Origin: a virus
DNA: 64,000 nt
Virus record (IMG/VR): IMGVR_UViG_3300032294_003343
Coordinates: 1 to 64,000 of that record
Reading direction: 5' to 3' (one strand)
The notes under the pieces were generated by a model. The model had not been told where the DNA came from, ran no database searches, and saw nothing but the letters and a program-made list of their open reading frames with translations. This document shows positions 36,121-45,060 of this stretch, in pieces. The translations under genes were made by a program, and so were the position numbers. Within the stretch, counting starts at the first letter, position 1, and each line of letters begins with the position of its first letter.

Positions 36121-36954
36121 ATGAACAACGCAACAATCAAATCCTGGATCAATAGAGCATACGTTTTTGAAGAAAGCCATATAAATGCTTTTGTAGCTTC
36201 ATCGTCTGGAGGCAGCGGTGGCACTGGAGGAACTGGTGGTACTGGTGGCACTGGAGGAACTGGTGGTACTGGAGGAACCGGGGGAGCAGGTTCAGGCTCT
36301 ACCGTGTTGTATTTCTCTGTTCCAAATTCTTCTTCATACCCTGGCACTGGATTTACTATATTTGACCTTAGTGGCTACGGTTATAATGGCTATCTATATA
36401 ACGGAACAAATTATGTAGATAGTGGAAACGCTGATTATTTATTCTTTGATGGAACAAACAACTACGTTGGAATAAGCACTACCGTAACTTCTAACACTAA
36501 TGATGTCAACATTACTACTTGGGTAAATTCATCTATAGTCACACAATCAGGGCAAATGATTGTTTACATAGGTAGTGAACAAAACCTTAATGGTTATGGA
36601 ATAGCAATCAATAAAGAATATGTAACATCAGGGAATGTTTACATAAGATATGGAAACGTAAGATGGTACAACTCTGGTATTGCATTATCTTCAAATAGTT
36701 GGAATCATTTATCGCTAAATATAAATAGTGACACATCTAATGATTTATATGTCAATGGTGTATTAAGATATTCTGGTCCTATTTCTGCAATTAATACCCC
36801 GACATTGCACACTGAAATTGGAAGAAGCGATTTTACTACATATGCTTATCCAAGATATTTAAATGGAAAAGTTTCTCAGGTTATTATTTCTAGTGGAATA
36901 TTAACTACAAGTCAAATTTTGTCGCATTATAACTCAACTAAAAATAATTATTAA
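36121..36954 (+). CDS. LamG-like lectin protein with (GGT)n linker
   Basis: GGT repeats then 'SSSYPGTG...FFDGTNNY...WNHL...LYVNG...NGKVSQVII...QILSHYN'. Confidence 0.85.
   Translation: MNNATIKSWINRAYVFEESHINAFVASSSGGSGGTGGTGGTGGTGGTGGTGGTGGAGSGSTVLYFSVPNSSSYPGTGFTIFDLSGYGYNGYLYNGTNYVDSGNADYLFFDGTNNYVGISTTVTSNTNDVNITTWVNSSIVTQSGQMIVYIGSEQNLNGYGIAINKEYVTSGNVYIRYGNVRWYNSGIALSSNSWNHLSLNINSDTSNDLYVNGVLRYSGPISAINTPTLHTEIGRSDFTTYAYPRYLNGKVSQVIISSGILTTSQILSHYNSTKNNY
36208..36290 (+). repeat. 9-nt tandem repeat encoding Gly-Gly-Thr
   Basis: About 8 degenerate GGNGGNACN units, including an exact 27-nt duplication (ggtggcactggaggaactggtggtact x2). Confidence 0.85.
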
Positions 36955-36967
36955 ATGGAATATTGAT

Positions 36968-37285
36968 ATGCTCAACAACGAATATTTATCAGGAACTACC
37001 TTAAAAATATATGCTCATCTCAAAAATGAAAGTGGTACAGGAATTTCTGCAGACAGTTTGACATTTTATATAACTGAACCTGGGGGGATTGGATATACAT
37101 ACTATTACAACATTGGATCTGGTAGTGGTAATTCACAACCTGTCCAATCTACAGACACAGTAGGTATTTATTACAAAGAATGGACCCCTTCAAGAATTGG
37201 AACATATAAATATTCTTGGAAAGCATCAGGGACTATCAATTCTACTTTCAAAAGTTTTTTTGAAGTGAAAGATTATAGGTGGTAA
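36968..37285 (+). CDS. Small Ig-like/baseplate-upper-type virion protein
   Basis: 'GTTLKIYAHLKNESG...GIYYKEWTP..IGTYKYSWKASG...FFEV' beta-sandwich pattern within a tail gene run. Confidence 0.55.
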   Translation: MLNNEYLSGTTLKIYAHLKNESGTGISADSLTFYITEPGGIGYTYYYNIGSGSGNSQPVQSTDTVGIYYKEWTPSRIGTYKYSWKASGTINSTFKSFFEVKDYRW

Positions 37286-38236
37286 ATGGCTTTTCCAGGC
37301 ATACTTACAAGAGGTGAGTTTTCAACAGGTCTTAATACAAAAAGTATATGTGTTAATGGTGCATATCTTATTGTTGAAGAATGTAATATAAATCAGAATC
37401 AAGAGCATAATTTAAATAATTATATTCAAGGTGGTCCTGCTTATGCTGTTTATAATCTTGGAGCAAAGAAATACGAAGGATCAATTTCATTTCCGCTTAG
37501 AGTAGATCAAGATGGCAACTTAGAGCCAGCTGCAATCACTTTGCTTCAATATGCAGCAAAACCAATGTCTGCCCTGACAATCGACACTCATCATTTATTA
37601 TCAATGAAAACAACCACAGTTTTGGATCCTGGAACAGATAACAATAAAAATCTTTCTTTGGATTCAGTTGTAATAAGTAATTTAACAATATCGTGCAGTG
37701 AAAGTAATAAAGTGATGGTCAGAATTGATGTCACTGGTATGGTTGATGAAGAAAAAGAATCTGAATTTAATTTTAGCACAGATTTTTTGTTAGGAAGGGC
37801 TTTGACTTGGGCAGATTGCAATGCTAGTAGAAAAGAATCTTCCATGCGTACTACTTCCAGCATAGAAGTAAGAATTGAAAATGAATTAATTACTCCTGTT
37901 TTTCTTATGCCTTATTTATCATTTCCTGGCGCTGGTGTGACTGAATCTAAAGATCAAATAGAGCTAATTGGAGTTCAATCAACAAAATGGAGTGGAAATG
38001 TCTCTGAAGTTATCAGAAATGGTGCTGATTTACATACATTTATCCATGGTGGTTTGATGCATGATTCCAACTTGGTTTTAGAATTTGGACCTGTGAAAGC
38101 AACATTTCCAAACCCGGTGTTCAAAATTGGACAAACTCCTTTGACTTCTCAAATTATAAGGAGAACAACTGAATGGGCTGGAATAAATAAACCTGATGCT
38201 TCTATGAACGACAATGGCTTATTCACTTTTGTTTAA
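37286..38236 (+). CDS. Tail-tube-like protein (paralogue 1)
   Basis: Two internally similar beta-rich halves ('NLGAKKYEGSISF', 'IGVQSTKWSGNVS'); alignable by eye to 38326-39348. Confidence 0.55.
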   Translation: MAFPGILTRGEFSTGLNTKSICVNGAYLIVEECNINQNQEHNLNNYIQGGPAYAVYNLGAKKYEGSISFPLRVDQDGNLEPAAITLLQYAAKPMSALTIDTHHLLSMKTTTVLDPGTDNNKNLSLDSVVISNLTISCSESNKVMVRIDVTGMVDEEKESEFNFSTDFLLGRALTWADCNASRKESSMRTTSSIEVRIENELITPVFLMPYLSFPGAGVTESKDQIELIGVQSTKWSGNVSEVIRNGADLHTFIHGGLMHDSNLVLEFGPVKATFPNPVFKIGQTPLTSQIIRRTTEWAGINKPDASMNDNGLFTFV

Positions 38237-38237
38237 A

Positions 38238-38264
38238 AAGGTAAGCATCAAGAAAATAAAGAAT
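38238..38264 (+). promoter_or_regulatory. Putative phage-specific promoter (AAGG-N19-GAAT)
   Basis: AAGG 38238-38241, GAAT 38261-38264. Confidence 0.5.
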
Positions 38265-38325
38265 ATTTTGAATAACCTAAAAAAACAAAAGAAGTAAATA
38301 AATCTTTTGAAAGTGAGTTGATAAA

Positions 38326-39348
38326 ATGCCTATTAATAATGATATTCTTGGTATTTACAAATCAGTGTTTATCACAGTTGCTGGTGGAACTGCTAGATCA
38401 TACATTGTTGAAAGTGCCAGTAGATCGGTTACAATTGATGCTTCACCTAAAGTATTAATGCAAGGAAGTCCAAAAACTAGAATTATGGACATCGGTGGAG
38501 TTACTGAAACAATTTCCATTCAGGCTCCTATTTTGATTGGTGGTGGTGCTGCTGCTGATGGTAGAGCTATTGCTACACAAAAAATCAATGAAATTCTTGA
38601 TCCTACAAATGCTACCTTACCTATCCTTAAGTCAGCTTCATTTAGCATCAATGAAGGTGGTGGATCTGTTTCATTAACACTCGAGAGTGATGGTGATTCT
38701 GGTGTTGGAACCTCTGCGTTCTTTGTTGTTAACTCTAACACCCCTCACCCAACATTGAACCCAGTTGGAACTGGTGGCTCAGGTACTACTGCTTTTGGTC
38801 CTACAAGAGTTGCTCGTTTCTATGACTTTAGAGCTCAAATTGGTGAGAGAAAATACTTCATTCAAGAAGCAAATGTTGACGTTAATGTAGAAACTCAAAA
38901 AACCTACTTCATCAACCCTTATGACTTTTCAGATCCTAACATTGGCTACCAATTGAGTGGTGGTGGTGGTACTAGCTTACCATCAGTTCTTTCTGGTAAT
39001 GGTATTTCCTACAAGTATGGAACTCAATTCCCGCACATTGGTGTAAATGGTTTGACCATTTCCGGTAAGGGTAAAGGCGCTGTTGTTGTTGGTTCAACAT
39101 ATGCATCTGAAACAACTGCTGGTGTTACCACTCAATCTGCAGGTAGAACAGTTCTTGCAAGTGCTGGTGATGTTACATTTGCTCTTGAAGTTGCACAACA
39201 AGTTGGATTCAACATGGGTGCATCACCAACTTGGGCAAGTTTGATTCCTGGTATTGGATTATCAAAAGCAATCATCAATGCTACTAACTTCTCTGTAAGC
39301 ACTGGTATCTTGACTGTTGACTTTGACTTTATGTGCTACGTTGTCTAA
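38326..39348 (+). CDS. Tail-tube-like protein (paralogue 2, probably the major form)
   Basis: Two-domain beta-rich protein with its own promoter motif and high-expression-like codon usage. Confidence 0.55.
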   Translation: MPINNDILGIYKSVFITVAGGTARSYIVESASRSVTIDASPKVLMQGSPKTRIMDIGGVTETISIQAPILIGGGAAADGRAIATQKINEILDPTNATLPILKSASFSINEGGGSVSLTLESDGDSGVGTSAFFVVNSNTPHPTLNPVGTGGSGTTAFGPTRVARFYDFRAQIGERKYFIQEANVDVNVETQKTYFINPYDFSDPNIGYQLSGGGGTSLPSVLSGNGISYKYGTQFPHIGVNGLTISGKGKGAVVVGSTYASETTAGVTTQSAGRTVLASAGDVTFALEVAQQVGFNMGASPTWASLIPGIGLSKAIINATNFSVSTGILTVDFDFMCYVV

Positions 39349-39353
39349 TTAGA

Positions 39354-39845
39354 TTAGTCTTCGTCGAACATAAAATTTTCGTAATCCCAATCCTCATCTA
39401 GAGGTTCCATATTATCCCAAACATTAGCAACTATTTTTAAGTTGGTTTGGGATAATATGGACAAGATTATTCCATCACATAATGACATTATCAGATAAAA
39501 ATTATTCAAATTTTTATCAATAAATTTAACTGATGTATATATTACATCACCAACTTTATTTTCAATCTCCACACTTTCTACATCAGATTTATAAATTTCC
39601 AAAATCTTTATTAATGCCTGATGTATCGTTTGTATGTGAGAATTTTTATGATAATCTTTGGCTACAAAAGTAAGCATTCCTGATTCATAAGAATTCATCT
39701 CACAAGCTGATTTTTTATCCCCATCACTAAGGACGACAAAAGATCTGCCTTCAGGGTTTACAACTACACTTTCAACTAAGATAGGTATTAGCTCGTAACG
39801 ATCACTGTTATCAAGCGAATGCCTATCTATTTTTTTGTCACTCAT
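39354..39845 (-). CDS. DUF151/bifunctional-nuclease-like protein (divergent)
   Basis: Element order matches DUF151: 'FVVLSD', 'SYESGML', 'TIHQAL', 'VESVEI...GDVIYTSV', 'CDGIILS'; ATGA overlap with merC. Confidence 0.65.
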   Translation of the reverse strand: MSDKKIDRHSLDNSDRYELIPILVESVVVNPEGRSFVVLSDGDKKSACEMNSYESGMLTFVAKDYHKNSHIQTIHQALIKILEIYKSDVESVEIENKVGDVIYTSVKFIDKNLNNFYLIMSLCDGIILSILSQTNLKIVANVWDNMEPLDEDWDYENFMFDED

Positions 39846-40234
39846 TTTTTTACACCACACTTATTGCAATGACTACACAACTTGTCATTAATGAAAGATG
39901 AAAGAGCCATTAACAATCCTCCTGAGATCATTAAGACATTAAAAACATCAAAATGAATTTTATGATCTTCGGAATGACTATGCATCAATCTACCTAAAAC
40001 GAAGCTAAATATACCAAATGCTAAAACAGCAACTGCTTTATTAGATTTATGTTGTCTATATCCAAAACAAACATTTGTAATATTAAACAAAAGAGATACG
40101 CCTAATAATACAAATTCAAATGTTTCATTGATAAACAAATATACTCCCGTTGTTGGAATTAAAATCATCAATAAAGGCAAAATTGTACAATGAACTGCAC
40201 AAATTAAAGAAGCCCATACACCTGCTTTTTTCAT
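39842..40234 (-). CDS. merC: MerC-family membrane protein
   Basis: 'G.WASLICAVHC..LPLL', 'GYRQHK', four hydrophobic helices, His-rich loop, C-terminal CxxCxxC. Confidence 0.85.
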   Translation of the reverse strand: MKKAGVWASLICAVHCTILPLLMILIPTTGVYLFINETFEFVLLGVSLLFNITNVCFGYRQHKSNKAVAVLAFGIFSFVLGRLMHSHSEDHKIHFDVFNVLMISGGLLMALSSFINDKLCSHCNKCGVKK

Positions 40235-41922
40235 TTCATTTTCTCTTTTGCAATTTCATGAACTGATAAAGATTTTTCTTTAATAGTATCTTTTGCAGAT
40301 TCTAAAAGACTTGACAATAATTCTATATTTTGACTTTTTCCGTCTTCCTTAATAGAATTTTTGAGGTCTTTCAAATCATTGACATCTTCATCAATCAACA
40401 CATTTGTTCTAAGTAATTCTTCAACTTGAATTTCGCAATCATAAAGAAGATCGTGCAAATTTGTAATCTTTCTAAAGTATTCATCTTCTTCTTTGTATTT
40501 TTGTGCGTCGTTAATAATTTTTGATATTTCTTCATTTGATAACGATGCTTGCCCAGTAATCTCAATATCTTTATTGACTCCAGTGTCTAAATCTTGAGCC
40601 TTGACTGAAAGTATACCATTAGCATCAATTTCAAATGCAACTTCAATCTTTGGCACTCCTCTTGGTTTTTTATCTATACCATCAAGCTTAAATTCACCAA
40701 GACATAAATTATCAACCGTCTTTGGTCTTTCACCTTGATAAATCTTTACATCCACAGAAGTTTGGTCGTCATATGCAGTTGTAAAGATTTCCTTAATAAC
40801 TGCTGGAACTTGAGTATTTCTTGGTATCTGCACACTCATAATGCCACCTTGGGTTTCTACACCTAATGAAAGTGGGCAAACATCTAAAAGAAACACTTCT
40901 CTGCTTGATTTTCCTGTCAAAACTGATGCTTGGATTGCTGCGCCTATAGAAACGGCTTCATCAGGATTAATCGACTTATTTGGCTTTTTTCCGAACTTTT
41001 CTTCAATGACTCTTTCAATCATTGGAATTCTGGTACTTCCGCCTACAAAAACAACTTCATCTATTTTGTCAGTTCTTACATTTGCATCCCTTAAAGCATC
41101 ATTTACACAAACTAACGTTTTGTCAACGTAAGGTTTGATGGACACTTCAAATTCTTCACGAGTGATTTTTGTTGGACTTTTTCCAACCATAACATTCGCC
41201 ACTGTCATATGAGAAAGCATTTTTTTAGCTTTTTCCGATATGTTTCTCAATTCAGCAGGTTCTAATGTGTGTGAGGTTCTTTTGGAAATAATTTCACTTA
41301 TAGCAGAATCAAAATCTACACCACCAAGAGAAGTATTTCCTGATGTAGATTGGACATGAAAATCTACTCCGTCCATAAGCTTAAGTAATGTGACGTCAAA
41401 TGTTCCACCACCTAAATCATAAACAAGAATGGTGGCATCATTTTTCTTATCTAAACCATATGCTAAGGATGCTGCAGTAGGTTCATTGATAATTCTTAAT
41501 ACTTTAAGTCCAGCCAATTCTCCAGCTGTTTTTGTTGATTGTCTTTGGTCATTATTGAAATAAGCAGGGACAGTGATAACAGCTTCAGTGACTTCAAAAC
41601 CTAAATGTCTTTCAGCACAATTTTTGAGATATTTTAAAATGTAAGATGAAATTTCTTCTGGGCTGTAAGATTTATCTCCGATGACAAATCTCTTATTAGT
41701 ACCCATATGTCTTTTAACAACACGTATAGTATGAGAAAAGGGCAAATGCTGCTCCATGTCAACAGCATATTGCCCCACATATACTTCATCTCCAAATGAT
41801 ACAACACTTGGAGTAATTCTTTCGCCTAAATCATTTGGAATAACTTCTGCTTGATCGTTCTCATTTACATAAGAAACTACACTAAAAGTACTTCCTAAAT
41901 CAATTCCAATAGCATAACTCAT
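40231..41922 (-). CDS. dnaK: Hsp70/DnaK-family chaperone (compact, 563 aa)
   Basis: 'GIDLGST', 'TVPAYF', 'NEPTAA', 'DLGGGTFDV', 'VGGSTRIP', 'NPDEAV', linker 'VFLLDV.PLSLG', 'QGER', 'IDANGIL'. Confidence 0.95.
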   Translation of the reverse strand: MSYAIGIDLGSTFSVVSYVNENDQAEVIPNDLGERITPSVVSFGDEVYVGQYAVDMEQHLPFSHTIRVVKRHMGTNKRFVIGDKSYSPEEISSYILKYLKNCAERHLGFEVTEAVITVPAYFNNDQRQSTKTAGELAGLKVLRIINEPTAASLAYGLDKKNDATILVYDLGGGTFDVTLLKLMDGVDFHVQSTSGNTSLGGVDFDSAISEIISKRTSHTLEPAELRNISEKAKKMLSHMTVANVMVGKSPTKITREEFEVSIKPYVDKTLVCVNDALRDANVRTDKIDEVVFVGGSTRIPMIERVIEEKFGKKPNKSINPDEAVSIGAAIQASVLTGKSSREVFLLDVCPLSLGVETQGGIMSVQIPRNTQVPAVIKEIFTTAYDDQTSVDVKIYQGERPKTVDNLCLGEFKLDGIDKKPRGVPKIEVAFEIDANGILSVKAQDLDTGVNKDIEITGQASLSNEEISKIINDAQKYKEEDEYFRKITNLHDLLYDCEIQVEELLRTNVLIDEDVNDLKDLKNSIKEDGKSQNIELLSSLLESAKDTIKEKSLSVHEIAKEKMK

Positions 41923-41937
41923 AAGAATAATTGTACA

Positions 41938-42291
41938 TTATTCTGAGTCATCTGGTAAAACAGTACCTCCAGGCACATAACCTTCCATTAATTCTTTCAA
42001 CGAATCTTTATTCTCTAACTTTTTCTTAAAGTCCAATGTTTCTTTTTTTGTTATTGGCCCATTAGGAGATAATTTACTCTCGTCTTTTGGCAAATCTGAT
42101 CTATAATCGTGAGCCATAGACATAAGTTGTGTGACTGCAAATGTGTCTTTACATTTTGGGCATCTCATAATTGCATACACTTCAACTTCTGATTTAGGAA
42201 GCCAACCAAGATGAGAGGCTTTTGTAAATTGAGCTTTGCAATTACGATTAAGACAACATTTAGGTTTGCCGACGATGGTTTGATGAAACAT
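41938..42291 (-). CDS. Zinc-ribbon-like hypothetical protein
   Basis: GGAGGTG SD before ATG 42291; CLNRNC...CPKC. Confidence 0.7.
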   Translation of the reverse strand: MFHQTIVGKPKCCLNRNCKAQFTKASHLGWLPKSEVEVYAIMRCPKCKDTFAVTQLMSMAHDYRSDLPKDESKLSPNGPITKKETLDFKKKLENKDSLKELMEGYVPGGTVLPDDSE

Positions 42292-42391
42292 AGCACACCT
42301 CCAATGCGCAATAAGCACTTTATTATTCCTTGCAAAACATATCCCAACTTTTATTAAGAAACCTTAATAGGAGATAACTCTTTCTATGCTG

Positions 42392-42453
42392 TATACTATT
42401 ATAGTCCACTGGCGGATAAATTGAGGCCAGTGGATATTTTTGTGTAAGGAGGT
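42392..42453 (+). promoter_or_regulatory. -10 box, 5' hairpin and perfect SD of the small peptide gene
   Basis: TATACT 42392-42397; TCCACTGGC (42405-42413)/GCCAGTGGA (42426-42434); AAGGAGGT 42446-42453. Confidence 0.6.
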
Positions 42454-42461
42454 AAATGATT

Positions 42462-42533
42462 ATGAAAATTTTTGAACAAATTGAAGAAATGATGAATCAA
42501 GTAATTTCAGCACTTTTCAGAGTAGAATTGTAA
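42462..42533 (+). CDS. Small 23-aa peptide MKIFEQIEEMMNQVISALFRVEL
   Basis: AAGGAGGT 8 nt before the ATG; flanked by hairpins; below the ORF-track size cutoff. Confidence 0.65.
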   Translation: MKIFEQIEEMMNQVISALFRVEL

Positions 42534-42561
42534 GGCAACTTATAATCTACAATGGCGTAGA

Positions 42562-44328
42562 TTATTTCAACTCATACATCTTCCAAGCACGTTCATTCTT
42601 GTATACTTTCTTTCTCATATTTACATGAGCTCTTAAATTCTTATGACTTGAAGCAAAATCGATAATGATAGCTTCAGGTTTTCCGTTTTTAATAGAGTCC
42701 TCAACATTCTTACCAACACATCGAAGTACTCTACCAACTTGCTGATATGTGGTTACAGGTGATGAGCTTGTACCAGCTAAAATCAGACAAGCAATCTTTG
42801 GAGCATCAACACCAACATTTGCCCATTGAGTTGCTATCAGAACGATTTCATTATTTTCGACAGCATTTAGCATTCTTCTACGGTAATTCTTTTCCTCATC
42901 ACTAGGATCTACTTCACCCTTATCACCACCGGGAACAAATACAGCATCCTCAATCATCCCTTCAAGGATATTTCCGTGTTCCATTCTTTCAACAAGAATA
43001 AGAGTGGGAATGCCTTTTGCTTTCATACCTTCAGCAAATTGTTTTATTCTGAAGTTTCTTTCCCAGCAATTAACTATGTTCAAATTGTAAACTTCGTGAT
43101 AAGTTTGACCAGGTTCTACAGTGCTGATATTTACGACAAAAATCTTGGGTGGAACAAGATAACCTCGCTCAACAAGATCACTAGCACTTACTTCACAGAC
43201 TTTTCCACCTAAAGTACCTTCAATTCTGATTTCTTGATTGTCTGTACGAAATGGTGTAGCGCTCAAACCAAGCCTATAATATGCCTTTTTAGCCTGATTT
43301 CCTATTTCTTCAGTAACAACAGCAGCCAAGTGTGCTTCATCAATAATCAAGGCATTACAGCATTGAATTACGTTTCTTACCTGTGCCTTTTGAAATAATG
43401 TATCCTGCCTATTGTCCCAAGCTGTCTGTGCCTTCTTATATGCAGCTAATTCAGTCTTTATTAATAAACTGATTTCACGTTCATACTTTTTACGTAATTT
43501 ATCTGCATCTTTTGACTGATTTTCTTCTGCTGTTTCAACTTGCACATACAAATCAGAAAGTTTTCCTGATGCAATTTGACGTGCTTTTTTGTATTTGGCT
43601 GTGGCTTCATCTAATTCTTTTTGTAAGAGTCCAGTGGGTTTGGATCCTTCACCAGTGTCTTCTACTATCTTGTTATTGCTTTCCATATACTTCTTATCAA
43701 AAGCAATAAGGGCAGTTTGGTAGGTAATTACATTGATACCCTCCATGTTGATATCGCATAGACCACCTCCAGCAATACCAACTTTGACAGACTGACCATC
43801 AATCTTAAGATATTTCTCAAATTCTTTTTGAGTTTGCTTAAGTAATTCAATAGCTGGAACAATGAATACCACTGGCTTGACTTTGAGTTTATGAAAAATA
43901 TAACAAGAAGTCATAGTCTTTCCAGCACCAGTAGCAAGAGCAAGCATTCCACGTTGATTTTTAAGTGCTAAATCTCCTGAAATCATTTGATAATCACGAA
44001 GATCTTTTCCCATAAAATCACAATTTATGTTGTAATCTCTTACAGGCTTTTCTCTCTTGTCAGTAAATGTGTATTGTTCATTTAATTCATCAAGTAAACG
44101 AGCAACACGCATAGTAAGACCTGTTGGAAATGATTGAGTTCTTTTTACATACAAAGATATCAATCCATCCCATTGACCAGTCTTGTATTTAGCAGACCAT
44201 TCAGAGTCTGGAACTTTATATGATAATTCGTTTCTCAAAGCTTCTTGATATGGGTAAGGCAATTTACCCATAGGATCATTATGGTTTATGATCACGCTTT
44301 TATCATTGTAAACTTCTATTTCTACCAT
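42562..44328 (-). CDS. Superfamily 2 DEAH helicase (UvsW/XPB/ResIII-like) with helical insertion
   Basis: 'WDGLISL', 'LRDYQ', 'ATGAGKT', 'DEAH', 'LSATP', 'VGVDAP', 'QQVGRVLR'. Confidence 0.9.
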   Translation of the reverse strand: MVEIEVYNDKSVIINHNDPMGKLPYPYQEALRNELSYKVPDSEWSAKYKTGQWDGLISLYVKRTQSFPTGLTMRVARLLDELNEQYTFTDKREKPVRDYNINCDFMGKDLRDYQMISGDLALKNQRGMLALATGAGKTMTSCYIFHKLKVKPVVFIVPAIELLKQTQKEFEKYLKIDGQSVKVGIAGGGLCDINMEGINVITYQTALIAFDKKYMESNNKIVEDTGEGSKPTGLLQKELDEATAKYKKARQIASGKLSDLYVQVETAEENQSKDADKLRKKYEREISLLIKTELAAYKKAQTAWDNRQDTLFQKAQVRNVIQCCNALIIDEAHLAAVVTEEIGNQAKKAYYRLGLSATPFRTDNQEIRIEGTLGGKVCEVSASDLVERGYLVPPKIFVVNISTVEPGQTYHEVYNLNIVNCWERNFRIKQFAEGMKAKGIPTLILVERMEHGNILEGMIEDAVFVPGGDKGEVDPSDEEKNYRRRMLNAVENNEIVLIATQWANVGVDAPKIACLILAGTSSSPVTTYQQVGRVLRCVGKNVEDSIKNGKPEAIIIDFASSHKNLRAHVNMRKKVYKNERAWKMYELK

Positions 44329-44348
44329 TCAATCAGTATACCATTAAG

Positions 44349-44390
44349 CAAAACAACCATTTTCGTGATGTCACGAAAATGGTTGTTTTG
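44349..44390. repeat. Perfect 20-bp inverted repeat with 2-nt spacer (terminator/cruciform)
   Basis: CAAAACAACCATTTTCGTGA-TG-TCACGAAAATGGTTGTTTTG. Confidence 0.9.
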
Positions 44391-44404
44391 TCGAAGAAAC
44401 ATCC

Positions 44405-44839
44405 TTATCGATGATTCATTGCGTTGAATTTATTTACAGCAATTTCAATCTGCTTTGGTTTCTTGCCTACAAAAGTCTCCAATGTAGAAAGAACAAGCAT
44501 ATGAATCTTATCAACATCTTCTTCTGAAAGTTCAATGCCCTTTTGAGCACATCCCAAACGAATATATCTCACAAATTGATCAACTGCATCGTCTTGTGAA
44601 AATTCTCCATCTTGAATCTTCTTCAAACCTTCAATCCAAATGTCTAAAATACCATCAGCTTTTTCACCAAGTTTGCTACGAAGAACAAGCTTGATTACTT
44701 CTAGTGTTTGTAAAGCTGCTGAACTTTCAGTTTTTGATTTTGCTAAGAAAAAGAAGACTACGCTACCAAGAATGAAACAAATTACATAGACAATAATCTC
44801 ATTTTGTGTTGACTTCAGAAAATTACTAATTAATTCCAT
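44405..44839 (-). CDS. Single-TM membrane protein, possible LL-H-type holin
   Basis: N-terminal TM 'IIVYVICFILGSVVFFFLA' and 'KGIELSEEDVDKI' reminiscent of LL-H holin C-termini. Confidence 0.45.
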   Translation of the reverse strand: MELISNFLKSTQNEIIVYVICFILGSVVFFFLAKSKTESSAALQTLEVIKLVLRSKLGEKADGILDIWIEGLKKIQDGEFSQDDAVDQFVRYIRLGCAQKGIELSEEDVDKIHMLVLSTLETFVGKKPKQIEIAVNKFNAMNHR

Positions 44840-44841
44840 AA

Positions 44842-45060
44842 TTAACAATCCTTTGCGATAACTGAATCATCTTCATCAGATGCATTAGGATCAAGATCCA
44901 TATCTGTAGTTAAAGGAATAACTAATTCATCCTTAATTTGTGCGGTGACAGTTTCATCTTTCTTTTCATCTGCCCAAACGAGATTGTCAGCCATTACTTC
45001 TTCGCCTTCTGCGTTAGTAAACTTTTCAATCTTGCCTGTAGCTCTCTTTACCATACTCAT
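44842..45060 (-). CDS. Small acidic hypothetical protein
   Basis: ATGA overlap with the dnaJ stop; AGGAGG upstream. Confidence 0.7.
   Translation of the reverse strand: MSMVKRATGKIEKFTNAEGEEVMADNLVWADEKKDETVTAQIKDELVIPLTTDMDLDPNASDEDDSVIAKDC

Noticed and set aside
36069-36347. Minus-strand (PPV)n ORF
   Set aside because: Reverse complement of the GGT linker in the LamG gene.
39842-40234. Mercury-resistance operon
   Set aside because: Only a MerC-family gene; no merA, merR, merP or merT in the window.
44349-44390. Protelomerase target site or CRP box
   Set aside because: Centre is not palindromic, no protelomerase in the window, and GTGA/TCAC spacing is 2 nt rather than 6.
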